A stretch of DNA of 59,511 nucleotides, counting the filler, from Sphacelaria rigidula (taxonomy: Eukaryota): NCBI GenBank assembly GCA_964200075.2. It is 10 parts of 10 records of this genome, joined end to end, with 100 filler letters (N's around TTAATTAATTAA, not from the genome) between each part and the next. Parts side by side here need not be neighbours in the genome. Positions count along the whole stretch, not along the records: positions 41,729 to 47,589 come from CAXNAA020023905.1; positions 47,690 to 53,550 come from CAXNAA020023906.1; positions 53,651 to 59,511 come from CAXNAA020023907.1; 7 more parts are not named here. One strand, 5' to 3'. This document shows, in pieces, positions 47,506 through 59,511 of the stretch. Every line of letters starts with the position of its first letter. The stretch's first letter is position 1. Both the position numbers and the translations under genes were made by a program. A model generated the notes under the pieces. The model was given only the letters and a program-made list of their open reading frames with translations. It ran no database searches and was not told the DNA's origin.

Positions 47506-50500
47506 TCTAGGAGTTCTTTTTCAATCGTACCTTATCTGGGCCACCGATCGGCCGAGACCGTACCTCTGCTAGGCCATCGCTCTTTACACNNNNNNNNNNN
47601 NNNNNNNNNNNNNNNNNNNNNNNNNNNNNNNNNTTAATTAATTAANNNNNNNNNNNNNNNNNNNNNNNNNNNNNNNNNNNNNNNNNNNNTTTGGATGACA
47701 GCCTACAATGAGTTGCTTTATTCTGTGGTATCGCCACTTCCTGAGACAGCTACGGCTTATATACTGCCTCATGGGTGTGCGGGGGGCGCTGTTTAAGGGC
47801 CAACATGCCCTTCCGATTCAGATTCATGAAGTGATCCGACATCTGCTGATGCTAGTTCGAGTAGTGGTCCTATCAACTGGAGCATACGACATCCTCGTGC
47901 ACTTCCGCCCTTTTCCTTGCTGCTTGTAGAAGGCAATCTGGACGCTCTGGTGGATGCGGAGGAATCGAACACATTTGCACATTTTTGCCACGTACGTCCG
48001 ACATCACATTTACGCCTATTTGCAGTCACGGGCTTGTGTTCAAGCGGTTGGCGGCAGTTCTCAGTGCAACTTCGACGGGATGAGAGCGATGACGGAGAAC
48101 ATGGCGCGGCATCTTGCCCTGTATTGTCCAAAGACCACCCATCGTACGAGTAAGTCACCGTCCACGCTTCGTTGCATGAGACGTCGCCCCCTAGTGAAAC
48201 ACAGGCAAGCAATGGCCTCTGCCCTCTGGTTGTGGGGTCATCATTACTCATGATCCTCTTTGCACCGCCTCATGCACCGCGGTACCAGTATCTGTTGTAC
48301 GCAGGCCGCTGTACTACTGTACGATAATCGCCATCTCCGCCCTCCCGTATGCAGACAATGAAGGCGGTGCCGTGATATCTGTACTGTCTGTGCTGCACCA
48401 GGTTCGAGTTTGTTTTCCAACATTTTTCTGCATCGCGTCCAAATCGACTTCAGTACAGTCCGTAGCTGTACTTCATTCCGCGGAACTGTCAGCGGAAATA
48501 TCATATACCGAACGTGGGCGCGGCGCTCAAAAGGGTAAACCTAGATCAGTTAATATATCAATTTACGACTGACGGTAGATTTCTACGAAAATCTGACATC
48601 GTTTTTTTTTTTAGTTTCTTGGGGGGGGGGGACAGTGGTGAAAAATCCCAACTGTTTGGAAAAGGTGAAAAAAACAAACGGTGAAAATATTACCGCGTGA
48701 TAAAACCTCTGTTGAAGGGTACAAAACAAAACAAACTCAGTGTCTGTCGGAGAAGAAAAATCGACGATCCAAGACAAGGGTTAATATATTTCTGTCCGAG
48801 CAGCGGGTCCAAACCAAAATTGATTCGTCATCAAACGCCGAATACCACCCATCTGTATCTCAGCGCTTCTGTCTTGTCTCGCACCCACACCCCAATCACT
48901 TCTCAGTACAACAACACAGAGATGGAAATCAAGACTGATAGTAATCCGATGACGGACTGTTTGTGGCTGCAGGGCTGGCCGTAGTGAGCCACCTGAAAAC
49001 CATGGTGTTCGCAGTAGTAGTAGGAGCAGCAGTGTTCCTGTACCATACTTACTATGCTGTCTGTCTGCTGTAACTTGAAAAATTGCAATTCACTGTACAG
49101 GTCGCCAAACTCGTGGACCTTTTCATGCCAAGCAGCACGTTATTTCCTAAACTCGACACTCGTCATGTATATATACAATACAAGGTTTCTGTGGAATCAC
49201 ACGCTGACCCCCTTCCTTGCGTGTACACCATGTGTATGTATGTTTTTTTCTAAATTTTGTTTTGACGCTCAACTTGTGACGTGTAACGACAAGTGCCCTG
49301 AAAAATCCCCACTTCCGGGTATACCCTTACAGTGTTGAGGTATAAGGTGGACACCCTAACCGGCGAGCGAGTTGAGATGCAAGCGTCCCCAGGGTCAAGA
49401 TATTTTTACTTGGTAAGTCGACACTTTCCTGAAAACCACGAGCTTGACTGAACAAGATCGGATATACTCGATGAAATTCAAGGCAGGTCATAACCAATTT
49501 ATTACACACAAACACGCCGGTGACTCAGGAGATCTTGAAGCAGTGCATCAGTTCACTACATAGCAGGAGGTACTTGAACGTGCAGCAGATGCTCAAAGCC
49601 TTGACGATGTCTTTCGAATATTTTCTAGTGCTCGATTGACCCACAAAGTAAGAAGTAGAAAAAGTAATGACCGCGGTGGCACCTGTCTTGCAACAACCTC
49701 GATCAAGATTAACGAAGTCATTCTACAAAATCCGGTGCGTCATCCAATATCCAACTTCAAGCGTCATGACGTACGTTCCAACTTTCATACGACAACAGCT
49801 CCCATTGGTCGTCATTCAACCGGCCTTAGCGACCCAGATGTGTCCACAACCTCGTCATACAGCGTCAAACAACGACCACACGCACGCACCCAACGCAATA
49901 TAACGGCCACATGCTCAAAATGTCCTGTGCACATCTAGCATGAAATCCGTGTTTTACGCATGAGTACTCACCTAGGAATCCGCTTCTCCTACTCGCCAGT
50001 CATATCTATGTAAACGTGAAGTAGAGCGAAAGGCCAATTTACAATATTCTCCACATCTCATTACATTAGCCCACCCTGGGTGTAGTGATCGCAGTTCCTC
50101 ATCAGGAGGAACGAAGGCACTACACCCACGCCTCCTCCCGCACCACAAAAATCGAAGCCTCAAGTAAAGTTCATGAATAGTCAAACGATCATGGATGTCA
50201 ACATATTTTGTTGTGACGAAGGCGGCTAAGAAAAAAAAACGCAGGGGAGAATGGAAAAAGAAAAACTCCCAATGTCGTCAGTCGTCAGAGACCATGCCGA
50301 AAAAGTGTAGACATTCCATGAAAATGACCATCTTATACTCCCCGTTTTTGTATCATTCCGGGAAGGATTAGAGCACTCTTTTTAGGAGTTTCACACATGT
50401 TCGGCTTCGTTGGTAAGAATGACGAACAAACAGATCGCCAAGGCATTTGAATCACGAAGGAATTGGTTGGTGGTAGTCATTCGACTATCCACCACCAGAA

Positions 50501-50563
50501 ACTAACGACGTATGAACGACTCGTCAGCGGAAAAAGACATCTTCCCGCGAGTACAGTACAGTG

Positions 50564-50565
<2 letters not shown>

Positions 50566-50598
<33 letters not shown>
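50566..50598. repeat. (CA)n microsatellite
   Basis: About 16 units. Confidence 0.95.
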
Positions 50599-50600
<2 letters not shown>

Positions 50601-51855
50601 ATACCGGAGAACCAATTCGTTGTGGATGAGTTAATTTCGGTACGTGTTCGTGTAGAGTGTCATATGTTGACAAGCACTACTAGGTGACGGTCCAGCCGTG
50701 GAGCAAGGTGTGTCACCTGCCCAATGATCTACGGGACAGGCGACCGGTAGCGAGTGATCGGATGTCCATAGAAGTTGCGAGAAACGTAGTTGGAATATAC
50801 ACAACCATCGAAGATCAATCCGAGGCAGATAGTCCAAAGCCCAACACGTTTCTGAAGCACAAGCATCGAGATGAAGGGGACCAACGCAGTCCACTCCCAC
50901 GGGTGGTTGCCCACTCGGACAAAAAATGGAAGGGTGTGCACACAAACGAGAGGATAAAAGTCCAGCCTGGCACACCGTGACGTCACTTCCATCACCAACA
51001 ACCGACGTGAAAACAACGCACTGCCACACCAATTCCACAAGCGGTTGGTCGTATGCACAAGCTGATGCAAAAGCTGCCCAGAAAATAGCGAATGACGGAC
51101 TGTGACCTTGTAGGCTGCATCAAATGTTCAAAACAGCGAAGCTGACAACCAATCGGTTTCAAAAACAGCAGTGTGTCCCACTAGCCTGATGCAAAACGAT
51201 AGTATATTCCGAAACAATCTCAACGGAACACACTACGACTTTAACGACGTGACTAATCAAGCTGTGGATGCACGACACGGCCAGTGATGACCATGCCATA
51301 GTCCTTCAACAAACAAGAAGCGTCAAACAGTAGGACACTCCGTGACGACATTTACTGTAAACGGGGTCGTTGGTAGGCTTCTAGTTATTATGCTGGTCCG
51401 GGGTCTTTGTGCATGTGACCCACCACTATTTTCAAGATGAACGATTTTTCAGACCCCGTACTAGCATGAAAAGTAGAAGCCTAGTCGTTTGCGGTCGTTC
51501 GTAACGCGTACGCGAAAGGTCAACTGATCCAGACGCGAGGGACGGGAAATTTCAAACGCTCGACACGAATTACTACGATGGTAAAACTAGAACGCACACA
51601 AACACACACACATACACATACAGATACAAAGGCGATACGAAAGGAGCTTTACAACATACCCCAGACTCCACTCGGGCAACGTAGATGGAATATGTTGAGG
51701 ATGAAGACAACGCGGGGCCGACCGTACATACAAGGCATGCCGGTCTTCACCCTGGGAATGCGGAGAAAGCACTAAAGGTCCAAACACAACACGGGGCGGG
51801 GCCTCCCGTTCGTACAAAACACGGCACCATCCATCCGAAGAATGCAGATAAAAAA

Positions 51856-52816
51856 CTAGGGCTCCAAAGGCGCTAGTTTAGCAAAACAGGGGACACGCCA
51901 AGTAGACGGGGAAACAGAATCAGATTCATCATGATTCGTCTGTATCCCACGCAGCGTCCGGAGTGTAGAGGATAGCTTTGTCGATGTCGCGTTTGTGCCG
52001 TGTCGTTGGAGACACCAAGATCCTCGGCGGGCGGTCTGCACCTCAGCATAGTAGTCGTCGTCTAAACGGAGTTTTGGGGGTCCCGGGTCATCTAGAAAAC
52101 GAGTCAAGTAGGAGATGTTCGATGCAGGATCCGCCAAATGAATCTCCTTTCCCATCCACCACCACGGGTCCGAAGCCTTGTACCAGGAGTATGCGCCCTT
52201 GGTCAATATCTTGCTGCAAAGAGAAGGGACGTATTGCGAATGCGAAACAAGGCGATGGCTTGCGACCGCGCGGAGTGTGTGCCAGTTCTCGAGCCGCTGC
52301 TCCCTTTCGCATAGAACTGTATCTTCTGTTCACCAGACGGTGTTGTACGGCATCTCCTACGTAATATAGCAGTATTTCCCTATGGAAGTGGGCCAAGTCA
52401 CGTTCTCTTTTCCCGCGTAACACGCATGATACCTTGCCATCGCGTCTGATACATGACACCGCTATTCTATCTCCTCGACCTCGGACTAATCGACGGCCCG
52501 AGATCCGATCCACCACCACACATTCGAGAGGTCCATTGGGATCCTCTCCCGTCATATGATGCGGCGGTGACTTGACGACCGGGTATTTGGTTAGCACATA
52601 CTGATTGAGTCCCATTAACAGTTGTTTGGTCATGTGAATTGTGTCGAGTGGAGGCATACACGGTTTGCACCGTGGCATTGAGATGGGACTTTTCGGTGTC
52701 AAGCCAGGTTTATCCGTGGGATACTCCACACCCAAAAGCTTCGCTCCCACCCGATTTTTGCCCGGGTGCGTTAGAGCCATACTGCGATAGGGGGGGGGGG
52801 GTCGATTCCACGACAA
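51856..52816 (-). pseudogene. Degenerate Ty3/Gypsy Pol C-terminus (post-integrase region with chromodomain-like segment)
   Basis: Overlapping frames give RCKPC...GLNQYVL...KSPPHHMT...VDRISG..LVRGRG..IAV-(fs)-MYQTRWQG...ERDL...ILLYYVG...AAARELA and KGAYSWYK...WWMGK...YLTRFLDDPGP...GSWCLQ. I recognise this as a common brown algal retroelement tail. Confidence 0.75.
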
Positions 52817-54270
52817 AATATGCTCATAGATGCGTCAAACGACCTAAAACACTCGCGATGCGCTTCTATATGGGTGAACGCGGTGTAAAGCAGTATGAGT
52901 GAGCGTTATTTATCGGAAGCAAGCGCGTTAAAAAATGCTGTTGGCTGCTTTCAACGGCGATTAACCCTTTTGGGACCGACCCCCCACTAACACAGCGTTG
53001 ACCCTGTGTCAGTGAAATAATAAAGATGAGTCTTCGAGCGACCTGCCCAATCACAGTGAGGCGAAACTTATCGACCAGACCTGAACGACCAGTGCTGGGG
53101 TTGTTGGCGAGTATGATGCCACGGTAAAGCTCGTGTGGGGACCTTATCCCTGGCCCAGATAAGCCTTCGCAGGTTTCCAAGCGCAGGGCGGTCGGAGCTT
53201 GGTTGTATGATATGACTTGCACTCAGTATACCGTTCCCGAGTTTTCCGGTAGTTTTTTTTGGGTCCCAATTCCCTACTAAAACGTCGTAATTTACACTAA
53301 CACGGGGTCGACCGGAAAAGCCGGGAAGGAGTGTACATGCAACCATGTGGTCATTTTCACCACGGCCTAAAACCAGTTGGGCTGTGGAAAGACAAAAAGA
53401 TCTACTGTCATGAGTTCTACTTATCCCTCTAGCGATGACTTGTAGGGTGCAGTTGACATGTATGTAGTGGGCGGGGATGAAGAAGCGATATATAGGTAGT
53501 TGATATCGGTAGCTGAGAATTGCCCAGAACGTGCAAGGGAGTAAGCAGCGNNNNNNNNNNNNNNNNNNNNNNNNNNNNNNNNNNNNNNNNNNNNTTAATT
53601 AATTAANNNNNNNNNNNNNNNNNNNNNNNNNNNNNNNNNNNNNNNNNNNNGGAAAGCACGGCTTTTGAGTTGAACCTCATTTTTTTTTTCAACCCCATTT
53701 TCGAAAATCGGCTGTTAACCAGTGATAGGAAGAGGGGGGGGTGTACTCATGATCATGCCTGCCATAGTCATCAGATGGAGGAAGAGGGGGGGGGGATAAA
53801 TCTAACGCTCGTCAACCATGAAGGAAAGGCGAAGCGACACTACCATCCCCTCATACTCTGAAGGACAGCTGTATTTTTTCTGTTATCTTCAGCTTTACAG
53901 TGATCGTGATCTGTTTTTTACTCCGCCACGCCACCCGTATGTTGCCGCTGTTAAACACCCCCACTGAATAAAATCATCTAACCCACGAGGCACCAGCGGT
54001 TATTCTGTCACCTCCTATCACATGAATATATACTGCATCTATTTGCACACCGTGCAACCGCTCTTTAGCTACACTTTTGGTGTGTGGTGGGTGCAGACGA
54101 CCTTGTGGAGTGGCGGGGGGTGGGGCTAAATCAGCTGAGGGTCTGCCGTTCGGGAAATACCACCCCCTACATTTCCTACGACGAAGGTTTGGAGAGATTG
54201 AGCTAATGTGACGAAAAACGGGCCAAATATCGAGCGTATCGATATTCGATATATGGACATTCGATATTAA

Positions 54271-54651
54271 GCCGGTCGCCGCGGTGGCTCAGTTAGTAAC
54301 CTCGAAACCTTTTGACGGTTGGGTCCGTGGGTTCAATTCTCGGAGCGATCTGGGATTTTTTCTCACACCCTGCCCAACAGTGGAAAGCGACTACGAGTAT
54401 GTTGTGGGTACACGAAATTCGGCTTCACGGTCGACGAGGGACAGGGGCTGCTGAACCCCTGTCGCGATAAAAAAAAGGCAATCACCGCAGAAGGAAGGTG
54501 AGGTACCAAAACAAATAAAAACGGAAAAGCTCTAGTGTTGACCTTCCACCTGTGTTACCCCGACTGGTGCGCCTATACAGTCAGTACAGCAGATGCCGAA
54601 AGCTGTAGACCGGCACCCAGAATAGATGGGACGACAACAAACACAAACACA
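54271..54651 (+). mobile_element. tRNA-derived SINE, full length, with TSD
   Basis: Colinear with the 33611 copy. Flanked by CGATATTA (54262-54269) and CAATATTA (54652-54659). A 5'-truncated copy follows at ~54984-55145. Confidence 0.9.
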
Positions 54652-54659
54652 CAATATTA

Positions 54660-54835
54660 GAGGTATCTCAAACTCGGCTCGCGGTATCCTGGTTTGTTTT
54701 GTTTTATTTTTCAAGTGAAAGTGATGCCGATTCATCAGATGATGAGACGCTTTGACCGCCAGGTCAGGTCCTCTCATGAATCGCGATCACGTTCACTGGA
54801 AAAAACAGTGAACAACTCAGAGCCAGGGGATAACC
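54660..54835. mobile_element. Mariner-like composite MITE (family of 6376-6583), inserted at the TA of the SINE TSD
   Basis: TA|GAGGTATCTCAAACTCGG...TTCATCAGATGATG...TTTGACCGCCAGGTCAGGTCCTC. Right end is decayed. Confidence 0.75.
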
Positions 54836-55189
54836 AAGAGCTTTCTGTACTGTACGACGCGTTCTTCACCCGCCGCAACTGAGGCGTCCTCGATGATTGG
54901 TCGCTTGTCGCTTGCTTTTACCCGCCCCTGTACATTCACGAACGTGCATCCTTTTTTTCTTGTACAGGTACGTCAGCGATTCGAAATAAAGTTAAGCACC
55001 GCAGAAGGAAGGCGGAAAAGTAAAACAAATAAAACAGCAAAAACTCCTGTGTTGCCCTTCCTCCCCTGTGACCCCGTCTGGTGCGCCCACATATACCGAA
55101 AGGTGTGGACCGTCGTCCACAATAGATGGGATGACAACACAACATACAAAACAAGATACACGGACACTAGCTTTTCCTCACCACCAGCA

Positions 55190-55394
55190 GTAGCCTCGCG
55201 TGCGAGACACACCCGACCTGCGCAGCTACCACAGAGAGATGCGCACAGCTATATCTCCCAGAACTTGGCCGAGTCAGCACGCATGGACCTATCGCGGGTA
55301 GTACGGATCACCGCTTTCCAGCACGGTGATTATCACGCGCAAGGTGCGTGGGCGTTGTTGCACGTTCGAAACGCGGACGGTCGCTCGCACGAGG

Positions 55395-55446
<52 letters not shown>

Positions 55447-55665
55447 CCACCACAAGTATTTGCACCGGCTGATTCAGACCCACCCCCACCCGGAGACATC
55501 TACTGGTGGTGAAGATGCTGCTGCTGCCGCCGCTGCTAATGCTACTGCCGCTGCTGCTGCTGCTATTATTTTTTCTCCTTCTCGAGTTGGAGGCAGTCCG
55601 CGTTTCGACCTGCGACACTGCCTATACACCCTCGCGCGTGATTGCCGCCCTGCTCGAAGTCGCCG
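55190..55665 (+). mobile_element. (CAG)15/(CTG)n foldback repeat, uninterrupted copy
   Basis: Homologous to 37771-38627. Inverted arms, e.g. TCGAAACGCGGAC and GTCCGCGTTTCGA. Confidence 0.75.
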
Positions 55666-56632
55666 GCCTGTTGGCGTGCTGTTACTGTGACTTCATCATT
55701 CGTATTTCCCCCCTACATTGGAACAGCGCGTAAATTCTCGTTGTCATGAAGTTGTGTTACTTGTTGTCGTGAGCATACGTCAGTAGTTGAGCACGTAACT
55801 ATCCAAAAACGGTAGCCATGGCAACCGCTTCGATCGAAAGACATGTATATACCTGACAAGGGGTGTTCTTGAGGACGAAAGTGCACGGTCGCGTACGGCA
55901 CTACTTCGCGCAGAAGAACTCCAACTCTCTTCGTAAAAGTATATGGAATCTACTGACTGGAAGATCCAGACCTGATATCTCGCTCCCTCCCGGCTGTGCT
56001 TGGTAAGTGCCGTGAGCTTGCACACGAATGTATGTTACCCTCACTCTCCTCGCTTATATCATCCGCCCACAAGTCATACGTACAAGTAACAGGCTTTAGT
56101 CTCAGATCTTGTGTTGCCGTTTGCAACTGGCTGGATTTTTTCTGTTCATGTGTCGTGAGATTAAGATTTGCATCCTGAGGGCAGATGATGACAAGTAGAT
56201 AGATACACTACAGTATAGTCGTCCGTATTTTGAAAACTGTCAGCCGCAAAAATGTACACTTCGTATTTCGATAAAAAGGTGACACGCTGATAATAGTAAG
56301 AGACACAGATGTAATCGCAAACTTACAGATGTACAAACAAAAGCGGCGTGAAGGAATCTACGCTTTGTCCGAACGTTTGATTCTAGCGCGTGGTGCGGAA
56401 ATATGAATTATCTGTATGATGGATAAATGATATCACCCCGCAATTGTTGATACCGATATTTCATATCCGGGAATGATCTCACACGTATCTTGTACAGTCG
56501 AAACCAGCCAGCACCCACCAGCTGTTCATACGCCACTTCGGGAGCGCAGTGCGCCCCCTCTCCAACACTCGCTCCTCCGGATTCTTGAAGAAACATATCG
56601 TTACTGCTTTTTTTCGCGAGTTTCTCGGCAAC

Positions 56633-56900
56633 ATGTGTCGCAGCCCTGAGCAAAGAGCTATGCTGCCGCGTCTGGCGCCGAGCGAATCCGTTGGGAGTCG
56701 CATGGTCCGCTACTCCTTAAAGCCGATCATAATTTTGCTCACGCCGTTTCTGAAGCTGTTCAGCGTCCTGAGCGACAACATCATCTGGCGAGTGCTGGGC
56801 CGAACGTATATTTACAACGTGTCCTGGGAGGACCCGCGCGTGGACCAGAGGGTATTTGGGCTGTCAGAAGAAGACCATGTAATCACGCTTGCCTCCGCAG
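56633..56900 (+). CDS. BTA1: Betaine lipid synthase BtaA domain (DUF3419; SAM:diacylglycerol 3-amino-3-carboxypropyltransferase), probable first exon
   Basis: YIYNVSWEDPRVD...EEDHVITLASAG is the BtaA WEDP motif plus the SAM-binding strand. Donor G|gtcagt. Start could be ATG 56633, 56660 or later. Confidence 0.9.
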
Positions 56901-57376
56901 GTCAGTGCAAGTACAACATGATTCAATTTCGAGCTTTGAGTTTGATGCGTCGAACATGGGAGGAACACGGGAAAAACGGTCATGAACTGCGTGCGCAACC
57001 TAGCTGGCACACAACTCGTTATCCTAGTTGCCACGCAATTTCTCTGCCTACTCATATCTACTTGCACCTGTACCTTTGGTAAACTCTGGTGATTGCATTA
57101 TATGTCGCATTTCGTCTTCAGATCTGCAACGAAACTGTTCGTCTCCTTCTGCTCAACCTCCTGGCCGAAAGAGTGTGGGCCGTGAAGAGCCGTACCACGC
57201 CCGCAACTTGTTTCCTAGTTTCTCCCTCTGCCCACAAAAGTTACAGTCACACAACAGTAGAATTTTAGTACCGCAAATGTTACACTAACGATGTAAGTAA
57301 GTGGTTGACATTATTACTCGATGCCACTAAAGTATCTATCGGCAACAACTGTGCATGCTGTCGTGCGCCGCCACAG

Positions 57377-57465
57377 GAGACAACGCCCTAGACTATGTCA
57401 TCGAGGGAGCTAAGGTGTCAGCTGTCGACTTCAACTCTTGCCAGATTGCGCTCGTGGAGCTCAAG
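57377..57465 (+). CDS. BTA1: BtaA domain, second exon (GDNALDYVIEGAKVSAVDFNSCQIALVELK)
   Basis: cag acceptor and AAG|gtttgc donor. Completes SAGDNAL...AVDxN..Q..L.ELK in frame. Not shown in the ORF track. Confidence 0.92.
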
Positions 57466-58150
57466 GTTTGCGCGAATATCAATTCGACATGAACAACCGA
57501 GTTTTGAGTCTAGTGAAGTCTCATCAGGTTTTCAAATCCTTGTAGACAGGAGGGGGGCGGGTTGATGCCTTCACCCAGGAAGGGAAAACATCAGCAATTT
57601 GGCGAAGGGGGGGGGGGGGGGGGGTACAGTAGTTTTTTGTATTTCTTGATTTTTTTTTTTTGTGTACCTCGTAATAGGGTTTGTTCCATCCCNNNNNNNN
57701 NNTGAGTGGAGGAGTGGACGTGGTTGCTAGCAGAGGAAAGGTATGTATCGGGGTGGTTTTGGGGGGGGGGGGGGGGGGGGGGGGGATACAGTAGTTTTAT
57801 GTATATCTTGAATTTTGTATCTTGTGTACCTCGTAATAGCGTTTGATCCATGCCCTACTTCATTCGGCAACATGTTGTGACCCCGACACTCGCAACCCCG
57901 CCTCTCCCGCCTCTCAATGACGCACATCATATAAAAAGTGCAATCGGTCACCAGAATATATGGCAGTAGTATTGGAGAAGTCTTCAGTCTTCGCACGGTA
58001 AAACTCCGTGACGCTACATCATCAGCTACCTGCGCTCCAATTTGTTTCAAGTCCTCTAGTACGGCGCATGGAGAGAGTTGTATGTGCATCTTTTACGGTA
58101 ATGTAGAGCCATGTAGTCTAACGCAGTTGTCATAAAAATGAATGCCTACT

Positions 58151-58594
58151 CGCCGTCTAAGGGTTAACCCTTAGACCGCGATGCGGGCAGACCATCTGGA
58201 TCACATACTTTTTTCAAGAGAACATTGACGCCGATTCAGGGACCTACCCTCGCGGTCAAAGGGTTGACCCTTCGACCGCCGTGCGGGTAGTCTTTTTGAG
58301 GCCATCTGCATCATGCATACTTTCTAAAAGTAAATATTGATGCCGATTCGGCGGGCGACCTACCCTTGTTGTTCAAGAGTTAACCATTGACCTCGAGGGT
58401 AGGTAACCTCGGTATCAATTTCACTTCAAGAAGTATGCATGATTCAGATGACTATCCGCATCGCCGTCTACGGCGGGTTAACCGCCCAACCCTTGGACCA
58501 CGAGGAGGGTAGTCCATCTGGATCATGCATACTTCTTTCGAGTTGAATTGATGCCGATTCAACAGATAACCTGCTCTCGCAGTGAAAGAGTCAA
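58151..58594. mobile_element. Array of at least four piggyBac-type MITE units in mixed orientation
   Basis: Junctions GGG|TTAA|CCC (~58164), GGG|TTGA|CCC (~58264), GAG|TTAA|CCA (~58380) and GGG|TTAA|CCG (~58477). Confidence 0.8.
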
Positions 58595-59511
58595 GATCCG
58601 AAAAACACTTACGACCACTGCAAACCTGCACCAGCCCCGCGCCGCAAAGAGTACCCACCTCTATCGGGGGAGATAAGAATCCACCCCCACCTTTTATTAG
58701 AGGTATTTCAAACTCGGGCCCCGGTATCCTGGATTGTTTTGCTCTATTCTTTCAAGTGAAAGTGATAGCGATTCATCAGATGATGAGACCCTTTCACAGG
58801 CTGTTTCTGTGTTTCGCAAACACGGCACACGTGTAGCTTGTACTTGCAACCTTGTAGAGAGCATGTCCGAGTACAGGCTGTATGCACTCTGCAAGCAGAG
58901 ACAGTACAGTTATGGGTGCGCCTGACCCCCCCAAATGAGCCCAAAAAGTGTCACCGACCAAAAGCACGAACAGACCGGAGATGACATTCATCCTCTGAAA
59001 ATGCACGCCGCAAAATCCCTCAAAGTACTTGTGATTTAAGTAGGGTTTCCATTCCATGCTTCATAAGTTTTCTTGTTCCGGAGGACGAACCACGGCGTGG
59101 CTCTGCTACTCACCAGCGTGTATTTGTCCTAGCTACAATTGCACTGGTTCGTTTTACCTAAGACGTTACGGTGTTTTTTCACGTAATTCGTTATAAAACT
59201 CGCATCCTGATGAAATAAAAAAATTCAACCTGTATAATTGTAGCTGTCGTCTTGGCGCAGATGATGCAAAACGTCGCATCCCAATCGATGGCCGTGGCGA
59301 TGAGTATTCTCATAGACAGATTGGGCTGTGATCGAAAACACGCACCCCCGGCCCTCGCCGATCTCCACAACACGCGAAACCCTCACCCCTTTGTAGCAAC
59401 CTCGGAATAGATGACACCCATGAATGCAACAGACGTTACCTTTGCTTTTGGCTCAAGAATTATGGATTATTTGGGATGTAGAAAAGACGTAAAACTAACA
59501 TGAACAAAACT

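Noticed and set aside
54893..55690. 265-aa polyQ/polyA ORF
   Set aside because: It is built from a truncated SINE plus the CAG foldback repeat, so it is a chance open frame.
57600..57855. ~90-bp direct duplication around a 10-N gap
   Set aside because: Both copies follow long G runs and the first looks error-ridden. It is probably a scaffolding or sequencing artefact.

Overview
This window is not one locus. It is ten unlinked contigs (one of 5862 bp, nine of 5861 bp) joined by an identical artificial 100-nt linker (N44-TTAATTAATTAA-N44), as expected for a length-sorted fragmented assembly, so nothing can be inferred across linkers. The DNA is eukaryotic and looks like a repeat-rich brown alga (Phaeophyceae; inferred from the short exons, long introns, gene families and repeat content). 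Exons I could splice by hand: a GT14 glycosyltransferase (2), a Dsc3-like ubiquitin-like membrane protein (4), an NB-ARC(-TPR) protein (1), an NCBP3-like protein (3), a BtaA/BTA1 betaine-lipid synthase (2), and a divergent pair of unknown genes. Relics: an intronless CPWD-type ankyrin-repeat pseudogene, a Ty3/Gypsy chromodomain Pol tail, and a probable 5' LTR + PBS + gag-like ORF. The rest is dense with non-autonomous elements: tRNA-derived SINEs; ~100-bp TTAA-flanked piggyBac-type MITEs that stack into arrays and also appear as cargo inside TA-flanked mariner-like shells; stacked TTA Harbinger-type MITEs; and foldback elements. I found no CRISPR array, rRNA, true tRNA gene or clear novel multi-gene system. 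The best leads are the self-stacking and nested MITE architecture, the possible viral ankyrin relic, and tandem frame-preserving exon-like cassettes near the NB-ARC exon. All family calls come from motif recognition by eye, not from database searches.
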